From Planctomycetota bacterium (GTDB lineage: Bacteria > Planctomycetota > B15-G4 > SIAN01): 64,000 nt of DNA. Under the pieces are notes generated by a model. That model searched no databases. It was given only the letters and a program-made list of their open reading frames with translations, and was not told the DNA's origin. Both the position numbers and the translations under genes were made by a program. The DNA lies in contig JANNXA010000022.1 in the NCBI GenBank assembly GCA_031409275.1, forward strand, positions 140,058-204,057, given 5' to 3'. This document shows, in pieces, positions 63,742 through 64,000 of the stretch. The stretch's first letter is position 1; every line of letters starts with the position of its first letter.

Positions 63742-63984
63742 TCACTCCTTCGCGGCGCGCTCGGAGGTGGCCGTGTACTTGCCGAGCTTGGCGACGTAGT
63801 GCTTCTGGTTCTTCGCGAACCACTTGTCCCAGTCGCGCTTCTCGTCCCGACTCCAATCTGGCAGCGCGTCGGCGCCCTGCTTCAGCGCGGACTTCGCCAG
63901 CGCATCGCGCAGCGTCGGGCCGGTCGGGTCGGGGCCACCGAATCGGCCCTCGCCGATCGGCGCGACGCCAAGTCGCTCCACCAC
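63742..63984 (-). CDS. small hypothetical protein (80 aa), possibly secreted/periplasmic, near window edge
   Basis: ORF with a Lys/Trp/Asp-rich non-artefact composition (DWSRDEKRDWDKWFAKNQKHYVAKLGKY). The start is close to the window end and a longer upstream start cannot be excluded. Confidence 0.3.
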   Translation of the reverse strand: MVERLGVAPIGEGRFGGPDPTGPTLRDALAKSALKQGADALPDWSRDEKRDWDKWFAKNQKHYVAKLGKYTATSERAAKE

Positions 63985-64000
63985 GATCTGCGCGCCCTTG

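Overview
This is a densely coding, very GC-rich bacterial chromosomal segment (G/C dominates third codon positions; the Arg/Ala/Pro-rich antisense ORFs typical of high-GC DNA are abundant). I can support about 53 protein-coding genes and found no rRNA, tRNA, CRISPR array, transposase/integrase or prophage signature. The gene repertoire (DUF1501 plus DUF1549/DUF1553 pair, sulfatase-like enzyme, FGE-sulfatase domain, CRTAC1/ASPIC-UnbV FG-GAP proteins, many lipoproteins, Bat/MoxR-vWA operon, Ser/Thr-kinase-like protein) points to an environmental Gram-negative lineage such as Planctomycetota, Myxococcota or a related high-GC phylum. I cannot name the taxon.

Major modules:
1. 1674-16259 (minus): an about 15-gene co-directional cluster. 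Its genes are a PLP decarboxylase, Xaa-Pro aminopeptidase, DAACS symporter, MoaD-like protein, BNR protein, HhH-GPD glycosylase, SpoU methyltransferase, GT4 glycosyltransferase, a pseudokinase-TM-FGE fusion, a lipoprotein and a PD40 propeller. The cluster is divergent from a DPP-IV gene and convergent with an M1 aminopeptidase, which gives a peptide-scavenging theme.
2. 21690-24797 (minus): a Zn/Mn-type ABC importer with an extra membrane protein.
3. 26513-28566 (minus): a persulfide-dioxygenase-like MBL-rhodanese-YgaP fusion plus a TauE exporter.
4. 28679-36505 (minus): HlyD adaptor, ABC ATPase, two FtsX permeases, SAM methyltransferase, M14 carboxypeptidase, and a CorE-like ECF sigma with a Cys-rich C-terminus.
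5. 36577-45049: arylsulfotransferase, ChaN-like fusion protein, DUF1553/DUF1501 pair, and a sulfatase-like enzyme whose fGly Cys and Arg are replaced.
6. 47374-54451 (plus): a complete MoxR-DUF58-DUF4381-BatA-BatB/C-BatD operon.
7. 56036-61634 (minus): a bacilliredoxin plus two CRTAC1-family paralogs around a TPR lipoprotein.

A striking genome-style feature is pervasive 4-nt start/stop overlaps (ATGA, GTGA, TTGA) at most gene junctions, including TTG starts.

The most novel-looking candidates are:
- the CorE-like sigma-terminated exporter/peptidase operon;
- the catalytically degenerate kinase fused to an FGE domain, together with the Thr/His-variant sulfatase-like enzyme;
- the ChaN-esterase-like fusion with a Ser-less nucleophile elbow.

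All calls are from reading translated ORFs by eye. No database searches were run.
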